In this document: in pieces, positions 41,685 through 53,803 of the stretch
Layout of the letters: every line of letters begins with the position of its first letter
How positions within the stretch are numbered: position 1 is the first letter of the stretch
NCBI GenBank assembly: GCA_963832165.1
Contig: CAWHTE010000001.1
Span: forward strand, 224,001 to 288,000
DNA from: an uncultured delta proteobacterium
Lineage (GTDB): Bacteria; Myxococcota_A; UBA9160; SMWR01
Length of the DNA: 64,000 nucleotides
Direction: 5' to 3'
Notes under the pieces: generated by a model
The model's database searches: none
Seen by the model: only the letters and a program-made list of their open reading frames with translations
What the model was told of the DNA's origin: nothing
Made by a program: the position numbers and the translations under genes

Positions 41685-42685
41685 TCAAGCGGCTCGGCGG
41701 CTACCTGCTCGCAGCCCTCCTGCTCGTGGGCGTCACGGGTGCCGCCGTGCTCGCGGCGCTGCTCGAGCCGCGTGCGGACTCGGGCGCCGAGGTGCTGTTC
41801 GAGGTGAAGCGCGGTGAGAGCCTGCGCGCGATCGCGACGCGCCTCGAACAGCGCGGGCTCGTGCGCGACGCGCGCGCCACCACATGGTGGGCGCGGCTGC
41901 GCGGGAAGGCCGGTCAGCTTCACGCGGGGCAGTACTGGCTCTCTCCCGCGCTCTCGACGAGCGAGATCATCGACCGATTCGCGTCGGGCCGCGTCGCGAC
42001 CTGGGAGGTCGTGATTCCGGAGGGCCTCACCGCCGCAGAGATCGGCCAGCGGTTTGCCGAGCGCGGCATCGTCGACGCGCGCGAGTTCACGGCCGCAGTG
42101 GGCGATCCCGCGCTCGCGCGCGAGCTCGGGATCCCCGCGCCCTCGCTCGAGGGCTACCTGTTCCCCGAGACCTATCGCCTGCCGCGCGGGCAGACCGGGC
42201 CCGAGGTGGTGCGCGTGCTCGTCGCGCAGTTCCGCGACGCGTGGCGCCAGGTCGAGGCGCGCGCGGCCGAGCGCGGCCACTCGATGCAGCAGGTGGTGAT
42301 CCTGGCCTCGATCGTCGAGAAGGAGACGGGCGCCAAAGACGAGCGCCCGATGATCGCCTCGGTGTTCGCGAACCGGCTGCGCCAGGGCATGCGCCTCGAA
42401 TCCGATCCCACCGTGATCTATGGGGTGACCGCGTTCGACGGCAACCTGCGGCGCAGCGATCTCGACGACACCGCGAACGCGTACAACACCTATCAACACT
42501 ACGGGTTGCCGCCGGGCCCGATCTCGAATCCCGGGCTCGATGCGCTGCGCGCGGCGATCGACCCCGCGCCGAGCAAGCTGCTCTACTTCGTGTCGAAGAA
42601 CGACGGCACCCACGAGTTCAACGAGACCTACGCGAAGCACGTCGCCGCGGTCGACCGCTATCAGCGCCGCAGGGCGACCCGGTGA
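41681..42685 (+). CDS. mltG: endolytic transglycosylase
   Basis: LEGYLFPETY, LASIVEKE, LESDPTV and GLPPGPI motifs. Confidence 0.96.
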   Translation: MIKRLGGYLLAALLLVGVTGAAVLAALLEPRADSGAEVLFEVKRGESLRAIATRLEQRGLVRDARATTWWARLRGKAGQLHAGQYWLSPALSTSEIIDRFASGRVATWEVVIPEGLTAAEIGQRFAERGIVDAREFTAAVGDPALARELGIPAPSLEGYLFPETYRLPRGQTGPEVVRVLVAQFRDAWRQVEARAAERGHSMQQVVILASIVEKETGAKDERPMIASVFANRLRQGMRLESDPTVIYGVTAFDGNLRRSDLDDTANAYNTYQHYGLPPGPISNPGLDALRAAIDPAPSKLLYFVSKNDGTHEFNETYAKHVAAVDRYQRRRATR

Positions 42686-43305
42686 CCGAGCCGTCGACCG
42701 AGCCCGCGATCTTCTACGGCGAGCGCATCCCGGCCCAGTTCAACCGCGCGCTCGATCGCCAGCAGGCGCTCGGCGATGCGGGCCGCCGCGTCTACGAGGC
42801 GATGCGCGCGGTCGACGCCACGATCCGCGTCGAAGTGGAGGGCGAGGGCGGTGGCACCTTCTACCTGAACATCCGCGCGGGCCGCATGAGCGCCGAGGCG
42901 CGCGCGGCCCAGGCGCCCTTCCTCACGCTGATCCAGGACCGCCGCGCGTTCGATCGCCTCTCGCGCGAGGCGGGCGATTCGGCACTCGCGCTGCTGGGCG
43001 GACTCTCGGGGATCGCAGGCGAGCTGGTGCTCACGCGCGGGCGGGTCGAGAACCTCCGCTCGCTGGACGGGCTGGTCCGATTCGAGGTGACGGGCGACGA
43101 CGGCTTCGCGCTCGGCACGCACTTCGGTGCGGCCCCGGTGCCCGCCGAGCCGAAGACCTGGATCACGGTCGACGCGCAGACCTACCGGGATCTCCAGAGC
43201 GGCGCGCTCGACCCGCAGTCGGCGTTCATGAACGAGCAGATCCGGGTCGAGGGCGACATGCGCGTGGCCATGCAGCTCGCGCTCGCGGCGGTTGCGCCGG
43301 ACTGA
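42682..43305 (+). CDS. tandem SCP2 sterol-binding domain protein
   Basis: LDPQSAFMNEQIRVEGDM..AMQL C-terminal SCP2 motif. Confidence 0.8.
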   Translation: MTEPSTEPAIFYGERIPAQFNRALDRQQALGDAGRRVYEAMRAVDATIRVEVEGEGGGTFYLNIRAGRMSAEARAAQAPFLTLIQDRRAFDRLSREAGDSALALLGGLSGIAGELVLTRGRVENLRSLDGLVRFEVTGDDGFALGTHFGAAPVPAEPKTWITVDAQTYRDLQSGALDPQSAFMNEQIRVEGDMRVAMQLALAAVAPD

Positions 43306-43481
43306 CCGGTTTCTGGGGCATATCGCCCCAGTGCACCTCGTGCCCGCAGCCTCGCGTGGGGCCGGGGAGGACCTCCTCCAGTCGATCGCGGCGAACGCCG
43401 ATAGGTCACGCGAGGGAGTGGGGAGGTCCGTCTTGCGAGGGGCGCAGGCGCAACAGATCCGGTCTCGGCTGTGCGGCGTGA

Positions 43482-45635
43482 GTGCGTGCACCACGCTCGG
43501 GACGCTGCTGGGATTCGCCGCGGTGTTGCACGGGCTGGAGCCGGCCGGGCTCTCCGACCGGGTTCTCGCTCGCGCGCCTGCTGCTGCACGCGCTCGTGTG
43601 CTTCGGCGCCGGCACCGTGCTCGCGTGGGCGTGCGCGAGCCGCGCGCTCGCCGACCTCGATGTCTCGAACCGCGACGTCACTGCGGGCCTCGACACCGCG
43701 CATCGCATGGCGGGCCGCTTCGCGGCGGGCTCGTTCGGGATCTGGATGGGGTGCGCGCTCGTCGGAATTCTCGTCGAGCCGCAGCTCGCGGTATCCGCCA
43801 ACGTCGCAGACCGCCTGATCGCCTACGCCGCGCTCGGTCTGATCGCCGCCGCCGCGAATACGCTCCTGGCCGCACGCGTGATGGCGCCGGTCGCCGAGGT
43901 GCTTTCCGCGCGCGTGCCGCAGGAGAATCGCGCGCGCATCGCGCGCCCGCTCCCGCTCGCGTGGACGCTGCGACTGCTCGTGACGTCGATCGTGATCGTG
44001 CCCGTGATCCTGGGCGCGCTCGTCCATCAGACGGGCGCACGAGCCGGGGCCGCGGGGACGTTCACCGCGCTGGGCTCGCCGCTCGCGATCTCACTGCTCG
44101 TGCTCGCCGTCGGGCTCGTGCTCGCGGAGCTCGTGAGCGCGCAGGTGCGCGGCGGCGCCGCGTCGCTGCGCAACGCCGCGCACGGTGCCGCGAACGGCAC
44201 CGGGGAGGGGATCGCCGAAGCCGGGGAGTTCTCCGAGGTGTTCGAGGCGCTCGCCGAGCTCTCCACCAAGATCCAGAATGCGCTCCGGGCGTTCGAGAGC
44301 GCGACCGCGGAGCTCGGTGCCGGACTCAGCGATCTCGACTCGAACCGCGACTCGGTCGTCTCGTTGACCGATGCCCAGGTGGCCGACGTCCAGCGGCTCA
44401 CCCAGTCGATGAGCTCGGTCTACTCGCACTCCGAGCAGATCAGCGAGTCGATCCAGGACCTGCGCATCGCCGTCGACGAATCGAGCAGCTCGGTCACCGA
44501 GCTCGGCGCGGCCGGCGAGCAGCTCGTCGGCACCGCGCAGGAGCTGACCACGCGCGCCGACACCGTTTCGTCTTCGATCCAGCGTGCGCTCGCGACGCAC
44601 GGCGACGTCGCGGGCTCCACCGACGTGCTCGCGGGTGTCGCGGCGGACGCCTCCTCCTCGATGGAGCAGATGGCGACCTCGATGCACGAGGTGAACCAGA
44701 ACGCCGAGCGCTGCTCTGAGCTCTCCGACCAGGTGGTGGGCGTCGCGGACCAGGGCTCGCGGATCGTGCAGCAGACGATGGACGGCATGCAGGCGATCCG
44801 CGAGGCGACCGCCACCGCGGAGCGCGTGATCCGCGGGCTCGGCGAGCGCGCGGGCGAGATCGGCGCGATCGTCGACGTGATCGACGGCGTCGCGAGCGAG
44901 ACCAGCCTGCTCGCGCTCAACGCGGCGATCATCGCCGCGCAGGCGGGCGAGCACGGGCGCGGCTTCTCGGTGGTGGCGGGCGAGATCCGCGAGCTCGCGA
45001 CGCGCGTGTCCTCGAGCACTGCCGAGATCACGAACCTGATCCGCTCGGTCCAGGACGAGAGCACCAACGCGGTCGGCGCGATCGAGCGCGGTACCTCGAG
45101 CGTGGCGAAGGGCGTCGAGCTCTCCGAGCAGGCGGGCCGCTCGCTGATCGAGATCACGCGCGTCGCGCGCAGCAACAAGAAGCTGGTCGAAGGCATCGTC
45201 CAGTCGGTGCGCGAGCAGACCAAGGCCGCAACCCACGTGGTGGGAGTGATCGAAGAGGTCAACTCGCAGGCGGAGCGGATCCGCGTCGCCGCGCGGGAGC
45301 AGCAGCAGGGCAACGACGTCGTGCTCGAGCAGGCGCAGGCGATGCGCGAGATGGCCAAGCAGGTGCACCGCACGGCCGACGAGCAGAGCCGCGGCACGCG
45401 CCTGATCGTCGAGACGGTCGAGAACGTGCGCTCCGCGACCGACAAGATGGCGACTTCGGTGAACGAGCAGACCGCGAGCTGCTCGCGCGTGGTCGCGGCG
45501 ACCTGGGAGACCTTCAAGCGCGCCAAGGACACCCACGACTCGGCCGGCCGACTCACGTCGGCGGTCGAGCGCGTGCGTGAGAACGCGTCGAAGGTGGGCG
45601 AGGTGGTCGAAGAGCTGCGATCGGGGCGCAGCTAG
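43482..45635 (+). CDS. methyl-accepting chemotaxis protein; true start probably upstream with a frameshift near 43570
   Basis: ETSLLALNAAIIAAQAGEHGRGFSVVAGEIRELA signalling hairpin; N-terminal TM segments. Confidence 0.92.
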   Translation: MRAPRSGRCWDSPRCCTGWSRPGSPTGFSLARLLLHALVCFGAGTVLAWACASRALADLDVSNRDVTAGLDTAHRMAGRFAAGSFGIWMGCALVGILVEPQLAVSANVADRLIAYAALGLIAAAANTLLAARVMAPVAEVLSARVPQENRARIARPLPLAWTLRLLVTSIVIVPVILGALVHQTGARAGAAGTFTALGSPLAISLLVLAVGLVLAELVSAQVRGGAASLRNAAHGAANGTGEGIAEAGEFSEVFEALAELSTKIQNALRAFESATAELGAGLSDLDSNRDSVVSLTDAQVADVQRLTQSMSSVYSHSEQISESIQDLRIAVDESSSSVTELGAAGEQLVGTAQELTTRADTVSSSIQRALATHGDVAGSTDVLAGVAADASSSMEQMATSMHEVNQNAERCSELSDQVVGVADQGSRIVQQTMDGMQAIREATATAERVIRGLGERAGEIGAIVDVIDGVASETSLLALNAAIIAAQAGEHGRGFSVVAGEIRELATRVSSSTAEITNLIRSVQDESTNAVGAIERGTSSVAKGVELSEQAGRSLIEITRVARSNKKLVEGIVQSVREQTKAATHVVGVIEEVNSQAERIRVAAREQQQGNDVVLEQAQAMREMAKQVHRTADEQSRGTRLIVETVENVRSATDKMATSVNEQTASCSRVVAATWETFKRAKDTHDSAGRLTSAVERVRENASKVGEVVEELRSGRS

Positions 45636-45723
45636 CCCGAACTGGCCAGCACTTCCCCTTGCGCCGCGGGGCCGGCTGCGCGGATACTCATCACGTGCGC
45701 TCGCTCATGTGGTGTGTCCGCGC

Positions 45724-46440
45724 GTGATCTCGTGGCTGCTGCTGGGCTTCACGATGGGACTGCGCCACGCGCTCGACGCCGACCACCTCGCCGCGGTGGC
45801 GAGCCTGTCGGCGCGCGCAGGGAGTCCCGCTGCGCTGCTGCGCGTCGCGGGGGCGTGGGGTGTCGGGCACGGGCTCGTGATCCTCGCGATCGCCTGCCTT
45901 TGGGTGGCGACGGGAGTCGCCGTTCCCGAACGAGCGCAGCCGTTCGTCGAGGCGGCAGCAGGCCTGCTGCTCGTCTGGCTCGGCGTCGATCTGCTGCGCG
46001 AGCACGGCGGTGCGCGTGCCCACCTGGGCATTCACGAACATCGCGGGGGAACCGTGCACGCGCACTTCCACTGGCGCGCGCCGCGGGAGCACCCGAATGA
46101 GGCGGGCCTCCTCGTTCATCTCCACCCGCGCGACCCATTGCGTCGGGCGCTGCTCGTCGGCTCGCTGCACGGTCTCGGCGGATCGGCGATCCTGGGTCTG
46201 CTTGCCGCGCGCAGCGCGCACGCGGGTCAAGCGATCGCCTATGCCGCGGTGTTCGGGCTCGGCGCCACCGCGGGGATGCTCGCGCTCTCGACGACGATAT
46301 CGCTGCCACTGCGCTCGCCCGGGCTGCGTGCGGCGGCGCTCGGTCGGTCGAGCCGGGTCGCGATCGCCGCCGCGTCAATCGCGATCGGCGTCTGGATCGG
46401 CGCACGCGCGCTGCTGCAGCTCGACCGATTCGGAGCCTGA
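45724..46440 (+). CDS. nickel/cobalt transporter (UreH/HoxN-like)
   Basis: RHALDADH, WGVGH, His-rich loop and HGLGGS motifs. Confidence 0.88.
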   Translation: MISWLLLGFTMGLRHALDADHLAAVASLSARAGSPAALLRVAGAWGVGHGLVILAIACLWVATGVAVPERAQPFVEAAAGLLLVWLGVDLLREHGGARAHLGIHEHRGGTVHAHFHWRAPREHPNEAGLLVHLHPRDPLRRALLVGSLHGLGGSAILGLLAARSAHAGQAIAYAAVFGLGATAGMLALSTTISLPLRSPGLRAAALGRSSRVAIAAASIAIGVWIGARALLQLDRFGA

Positions 46441-46451
46441 GGAGAACTCGC

Positions 46452-48977
<2,526 letters not shown>

Positions 48978-48996
48978 CGCGACCTCCGAGCCGGCT

Positions 48997-50405
48997 CTAC
49001 GACTGGATCACCAGCTTCGACAGGCTCGTCTTGCGCAGGTTGGTCTTCTGAATCGTGCGGACCAGCTCGGCGACCTTCTCGATATCGGTCTCGAACGGAT
49101 TGTTACAGATGACGCGGACGTTGAGAAGGTTTCCGAGTCGGATGTTCGACCAGTCGAGGTCGTACTGGATCGAGTTCTGGCGCGCGAGCTTGATGAACTC
49201 GCCGCGCATGCGCGCGCGCGTGTCCGGCGGCGGCTCGGTCTTCGCCTTGATGATCTCTTCGTCGTTGAGCACGCGCTCGACCATTCCACCGCGCTCGAGC
49301 AGGTAGTAGAGCCCGCGGTTGAGGCGCAGGTCGTGGTACTGGAGATCGAGCATGAACACGCGCGGGTCGTTCCAGCGTGGTGTTGTTGCGCTCGATGTAC
49401 GAGCGGATCATCTTGCGCTTGATCACCCAGTCGATCTCGCGGTCGAGCTGATCCGGGTCGTCGCTCAGGCAGTCGAGCGTGTACTGCCACTTTGCCACGG
49501 CGTCGCGCAGCTCGTCGCGACACCGGGTACTGCTCGATGTACTTGTGCGCCATCTCGCAGTACTCCATCTGGATCTCGATCGGGGAGTACTCGCGGCCGT
49601 TGTCGAGCCGGAGCTTGCGCTTGCACGTGGTGTCGTAGGAGATGTCCTTGATCGCCTTCACGGGATTGCGCAGCGTGAAGTCCTGATTGATGAAGTTGTC
49701 TTCGATCATCTGGAGCACGATCGCGCACGCGCCGACCTTCAGGAAGTTCGTGTACTCCGACATGTTGGAGTCGCCCACGATCACGTGCAGGCGGCGGTAC
49801 TTCTCGCGGTCGGCGTGGGGCTCGTCGCGCGTGTTGATGATCGAGCGATCGTTCGTCGTCGTGCCCGAGATCTTCTGATAGATGTGCTGGGCGCGCTGGC
49901 TCGTGCAGTAGTGCACGCCGTCCTGGGTCTGGAACACCTTGCCCGCGCCGGTGTAGATCTGGCGCGTGACGAGGAACGGGATCAGCTGCTCGGCGAGGTA
50001 GTAGAAGTCGACATCGCGGTCGACGAGGTAGTTCTCGTGGCAGCCGTAGCTGTTGCCGACGAAGTCGGTGTTGTTCTTGAAGATCGAGAGCTTTCCGGAG
50101 ATGCGCTCCTCGCGGATCTTCTCCTCCGCGTACATCTGGAGGTCTTCGAGGATCCGCTCGCCGGCCTTGTCGTAGACGATCAGCTGGCGCGGCGATGCGC
50201 ACTCGGGCGTCGCGTACTCGGGGTGGCAGCCCGTGTCCTGGTAGAAGCGGGCGCCGTTCTCGAGGAAGACGTTTAAGAAGTGCTCGGTGGTGATCAGCTT
50301 CTCGAACAAGAAGCGGATCGCCTTCTCGACGGGAAGCGTCTTCCGCCCGTCGGGCGTGAAGATGATCCCGTACTCGGTCTCGATCCCGTAGATGCGCTTC
50401 TGCAC
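48997..50405 (-). CDS. pafA: Pup--protein ligase, frameshifts near 49520 and 49375
   Basis: RIYGIETEYG, HPEYATPEC, KNNTDFVGNSYGCHENY, RDEPHAD, DLQYHD and PPPDTRA motifs. Confidence 0.93.
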
Positions 50406-50444
50406 GCCACCCGCCCGACCCGAAAGAGGCCGACCCTCGCGGGT

Positions 50445-51137
50445 CTAGCCGCCGAGGTGCTGTCTCAGCTCATCGGTATCGAGCCTACGGAACTTTCGGC
50501 CGATTCGCGCCTTTTCGAGCAGGCACACCTCGAGATTCTCCGGGTTTACCGAGGCCTTGCCGTCCTTTGCCCGCGAGAGAATCGAGTGCCCGAGCTTGAG
50601 TGCTTCCCCGAGGGGTAGGTCCGGCCGGTAGGTCGAGGAGAGCTGACTGCGCAACTCCTCCTCGGAGCCTCCGATCACGCAGAAATTCCGGTGATCGCTG
50701 ATGCTGCCGTCGTACTGGATCCGGTAGATCTCGTTCTCCTCGTGGCCGGCCAGGCCGGGGTCGCCGACCTCCACCACGATCACCTCGACCTCGAGCGGCT
50801 TGAGCTCGCGCGTGAATACGTCGCCGATCGCCTGCGAGTAGGCGTTCGCGAGCGCGCGCCCGCGCACGTCGTCGCGGCTGTACTGGTAGCCCTTCATGTC
50901 CGCATAGCGGACGCCGATCTTCCGCAGCTGATCGAACTCGCTGAACTTCCCGACGCCCGCGAACGCGATCCGGTCGTAGATCTCGCCGATCTTGGACAGC
51001 GTGGAAGTGTTCTCGGCCATCAGCACGATGCCGTCCTTGAACTCCAGCGTGATGCTCGACTTGCCGCGGGCGATGCCCTTGCGGGCGTACTCGGCCTTGT
51101 CCTGCATCACCTGCTCGGGCGAGACGTAGAAGGGCAT
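50445..51137 (-). CDS. prcA: 20S proteasome alpha subunit
   Basis: MPFYVSPEQVMQDKAEYARKGIARG, EIYDRIAF and KPLEVE. Confidence 0.96.
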   Translation of the reverse strand: MPFYVSPEQVMQDKAEYARKGIARGKSSITLEFKDGIVLMAENTSTLSKIGEIYDRIAFAGVGKFSEFDQLRKIGVRYADMKGYQYSRDDVRGRALANAYSQAIGDVFTRELKPLEVEVIVVEVGDPGLAGHEENEIYRIQYDGSISDHRNFCVIGGSEEELRSQLSSTYRPDLPLGEALKLGHSILSRAKDGKASVNPENLEVCLLEKARIGRKFRRLDTDELRQHLGG

Positions 51138-51139
51138 GC

Positions 51140-51961
51140 TCACGATGCGGCTCCGTTGCGCCCGTTCGCGCGGCGCGCGAGGATCGCGTCGTAGACTTCG
51201 CGGATCTCGGTCGAGGGCGCCTGCTCGATGCCCGGCTGCGAGCAGAAGATCACGGTCGGGAAGATCCCGCGCACCGTGTCGATCCCGCCCGTACCGCGGT
51301 CTTCGTCTGCGGCGTCGGTGAGCGCCTGGACCGCCATCTCGAGCGCCTCGCTCTTCGACGCGCGCGCGTGGTGCGACTTCTTGAGCGACTCGCGCGCGTA
51401 GAGCCCGCCCGAGCCCGTGGCCTCGTACTCGGCCTCCTCGTAGCGCCCGCCCGTGACGTCGAACTTCCACAGGCGGCCCTGCTTGCGCCGCAGGTCGTAG
51501 CCCGCGAACAGCGGCACCACGACGAGCCCCTGCATCGCGGCCGGCAGATTGGCGCGGATCATCTGCGACAGCTTGTTGGCCTTGCCGTCGATCTCGAGCG
51601 CCTGCCCCTCGATCTTCTCGTAGTGCTCCAGCTCGATGCGCATGATGCGCGCCATCTCGATCGCGGGGCCCGCGGCGCCCGCGATCGCGATCATCGAGTG
51701 GTCGTCGGTGGCGTAGACCTTCTGGACGTCGCGCGAGGCCACGCGCAGGCCCTCGGTCGCAAGGCGATCGCCCGCGACGATCACGCCGTCGGTGTACTTG
51801 AACGCGAGCACCGTGGTTCCGTGGGGAACGTTCAGGCGCTCGAGGTTGCCGTAGCGACCCAGGTCGAACGCCAGGTGCGGGTACTCGACCTGGAGGAGCT
51901 CCAGGAAGCTCGACCCGTCGTACCCCTGACTCGTCCCGGAACCAAAACCCGAAAAACGCAA
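51140..51961 (-). CDS. prcB: 20S proteasome beta subunit with propeptide
   Basis: PHG/TTV autocleavage site, GDR, IAGAAG and GSG motifs; TTG start with ggagg SD. Confidence 0.95.
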   Translation of the reverse strand: MRFSGFGSGTSQGYDGSSFLELLQVEYPHLAFDLGRYGNLERLNVPHGTTVLAFKYTDGVIVAGDRLATEGLRVASRDVQKVYATDDHSMIAIAGAAGPAIEMARIMRIELEHYEKIEGQALEIDGKANKLSQMIRANLPAAMQGLVVVPLFAGYDLRRKQGRLWKFDVTGGRYEEAEYEATGSGGLYARESLKKSHHARASKSEALEMAVQALTDAADEDRGTGGIDTVRGIFPTVIFCSQPGIEQAPSTEIREVYDAILARRANGRNGAAS

Positions 51962-51992
51962 AGTCCGCTTCCTCCCCCCGGCGGAGCGGCGA

Positions 51993-52265
51993 CTACTCGC
52001 CTCCGCGCTGGACGTAGTTCTTGACGAACTCCTCGGCGTTCTCTTCCAGCACCTCGTCGATCTCGTCGACGAGCGCGTCCATCTCGTCCTTGAGCTTCTC
52101 GCCCTTCTTGGCGAGCTTCTGCGGTCCCGCGCCCTTGTCGTTGCCGCCCTCGTCGCCGCCCTTCTTGGGCGCCTGCTTCTGGCTGCTCTCTGCGGCCGAG
52201 TAGAGCGGAAGCCATACGTCCCGCTCACCGCGGGAATTCTTCTGGAGTTTCGTCGTTACATGCAT
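51993..52265 (-). CDS. pup: prokaryotic ubiquitin-like protein Pup
   Basis: DALVDEIDEVLEENAEEFVKNYVQRGGE C-terminus; ggag SD 5 nt before ATG. Confidence 0.93.
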   Translation of the reverse strand: MHVTTKLQKNSRGERDVWLPLYSAAESSQKQAPKKGGDEGGNDKGAGPQKLAKKGEKLKDEMDALVDEIDEVLEENAEEFVKNYVQRGGE

Positions 52266-52281
52266 GTTGGCTCCCGTCGTA

Positions 52282-53769
52282 TCAGGCTCGCAGGTTCCTC
52301 ACCAGATCGGCAGCGGTGGGGGAACTGTCGAGCAGGTCTTCCACGTGGGCTTTGGTCCCCTTGAGAGGCTCGGCCATCAGGATGCGCTTGATCGGCTCGC
52401 TGTCGACGCCGAACGAAATCGAATCCCAATTGACCCCGAATACCGCGGCTCCGTACTTCTTCAGGCACTGCCCGCGGAAATAGGCCCGCGTGTCAGCCGG
52501 CGGGGTATGAATCGCCGCGAGAATCTCGTCGTCCGTGACGATCCGCTCCGCGTGACCCTGCCGCTCCAGAAGATAGTACAGACCCCTTCTCCGGACGAAG
52601 ATCGTGGTACTGGAGATCGAGCATCTCTACCTGGGCCGAGTTCCAGTCCAGTGACTTGCGCTCCATGAAGCGCTCGATCATCGCCTTCTTCATCACCCAG
52701 TCGATCTTCTCGTGGAGCTCCATCGGATCGCTGCGCAGCGCTTCGATCGCGTGCTCCCACTTCACGAGCACGTCCTTCGTGATCGGATCGAGCGACTGCT
52801 TGGCCGTGTAGGCGAGCGCCATCTCGAGGTAGTCGGCCTGGATGTCGATCGCGGACCGGCGCTTGCCGTCGTCGAGCGGGAACTCGTGCTTGCAGGTGGG
52901 GTCGTGCGAGACTTCCTTGATCGCGCGCACCGGGTCTCGCAGCGACAGGTTCTTCGTGATCGCGCCGTCCTCGATCATCGCGAGCACGAGCGCAGTCGCG
53001 CCGTTGCGCAGGTAGATCGTGTACTCGGACAGATTCGCGTCGCCCACGATCACGTGGAGACGGCGGTACTTCTCGCGATCGGCGTGCGGCTCGTCGCGCG
53101 TGTTGATGATCGGCCGCTTCACCATCGTGTCGAGCGCGACCTCGGTCTCGAAGAAGTCGGCGCGCTGCGAAATCTGATACTCGCACGGATGTCCGCGGTT
53201 CTCCGAGCCGACCTTGCCCGCGCCGCAGTAGATCTGCCGCGTCACGAAGAAGGGCATCAGGCACTCCACGATCTGCTTGAAGGACGTGCGGCGGTCCATC
53301 AAGTAGTTCTCGTGCGATCCGTAGCTGTTGCCCTTGCGGTCGCTGTTGTTCTTGTAGATCAGCATCTGCGTGCCGGCCGGCAGCAGTGCGTTGGCTTCGC
53401 GGCGGCTCGACTTCGAGGATCCGCTCGCCCGCCTTCTCGTGCACGACCAGGTCGCGGACGTTCGTGACTTCCGGACACGAATACTCGGGGTGCGCGTGGT
53501 CGACGTAGTAGCGCGCGCCGTTCACGAGCGTCTTGTTGCGCGCGATGTTCTCCTGCTGGTTCGGCGTGTACTTCTCGCCGTCCACCTGGAAGCCGCGCGC
53601 GTCCGCGAGCGGGATTCTCCTGGTCGTAGTCCCAGAGGATCTCGCCCGCGTGATCCTCGCGGTACGCGTTGACCAGCAGCACGCAGCTGCTGATCGGGTC
53701 GAAATCGGGATCACCCTTCACGGTGATCCCGTACTCGACCTCTGTCCCCATCACCTTCGGAATCGCCAT
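52282..53769 (-). CDS. dop: Pup deamidase/depupylase, several frameshifts
   Basis: [57 protein letters not shown] and NWDS motifs. Confidence 0.93.
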
Positions 53770-53803
53770 TCAGTCTCCGCGCGAGTGGCGCCTCGCGTAC
53801 CCG

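Noticed and set aside
39077..42685. 1202-aa ORF and similar long Arg/Ala-rich ORFs (e.g. 53669-56212, 16991-18490)
   Set aside because: These are shadow frames of real genes; only the mltG portion is coding.
51993..52265. UBact rather than Pup
   Set aside because: The C-terminus is the Pup-type EENAEEFV..YVQRGGE, not the UBact R[S/T]G[E/Q] ending.
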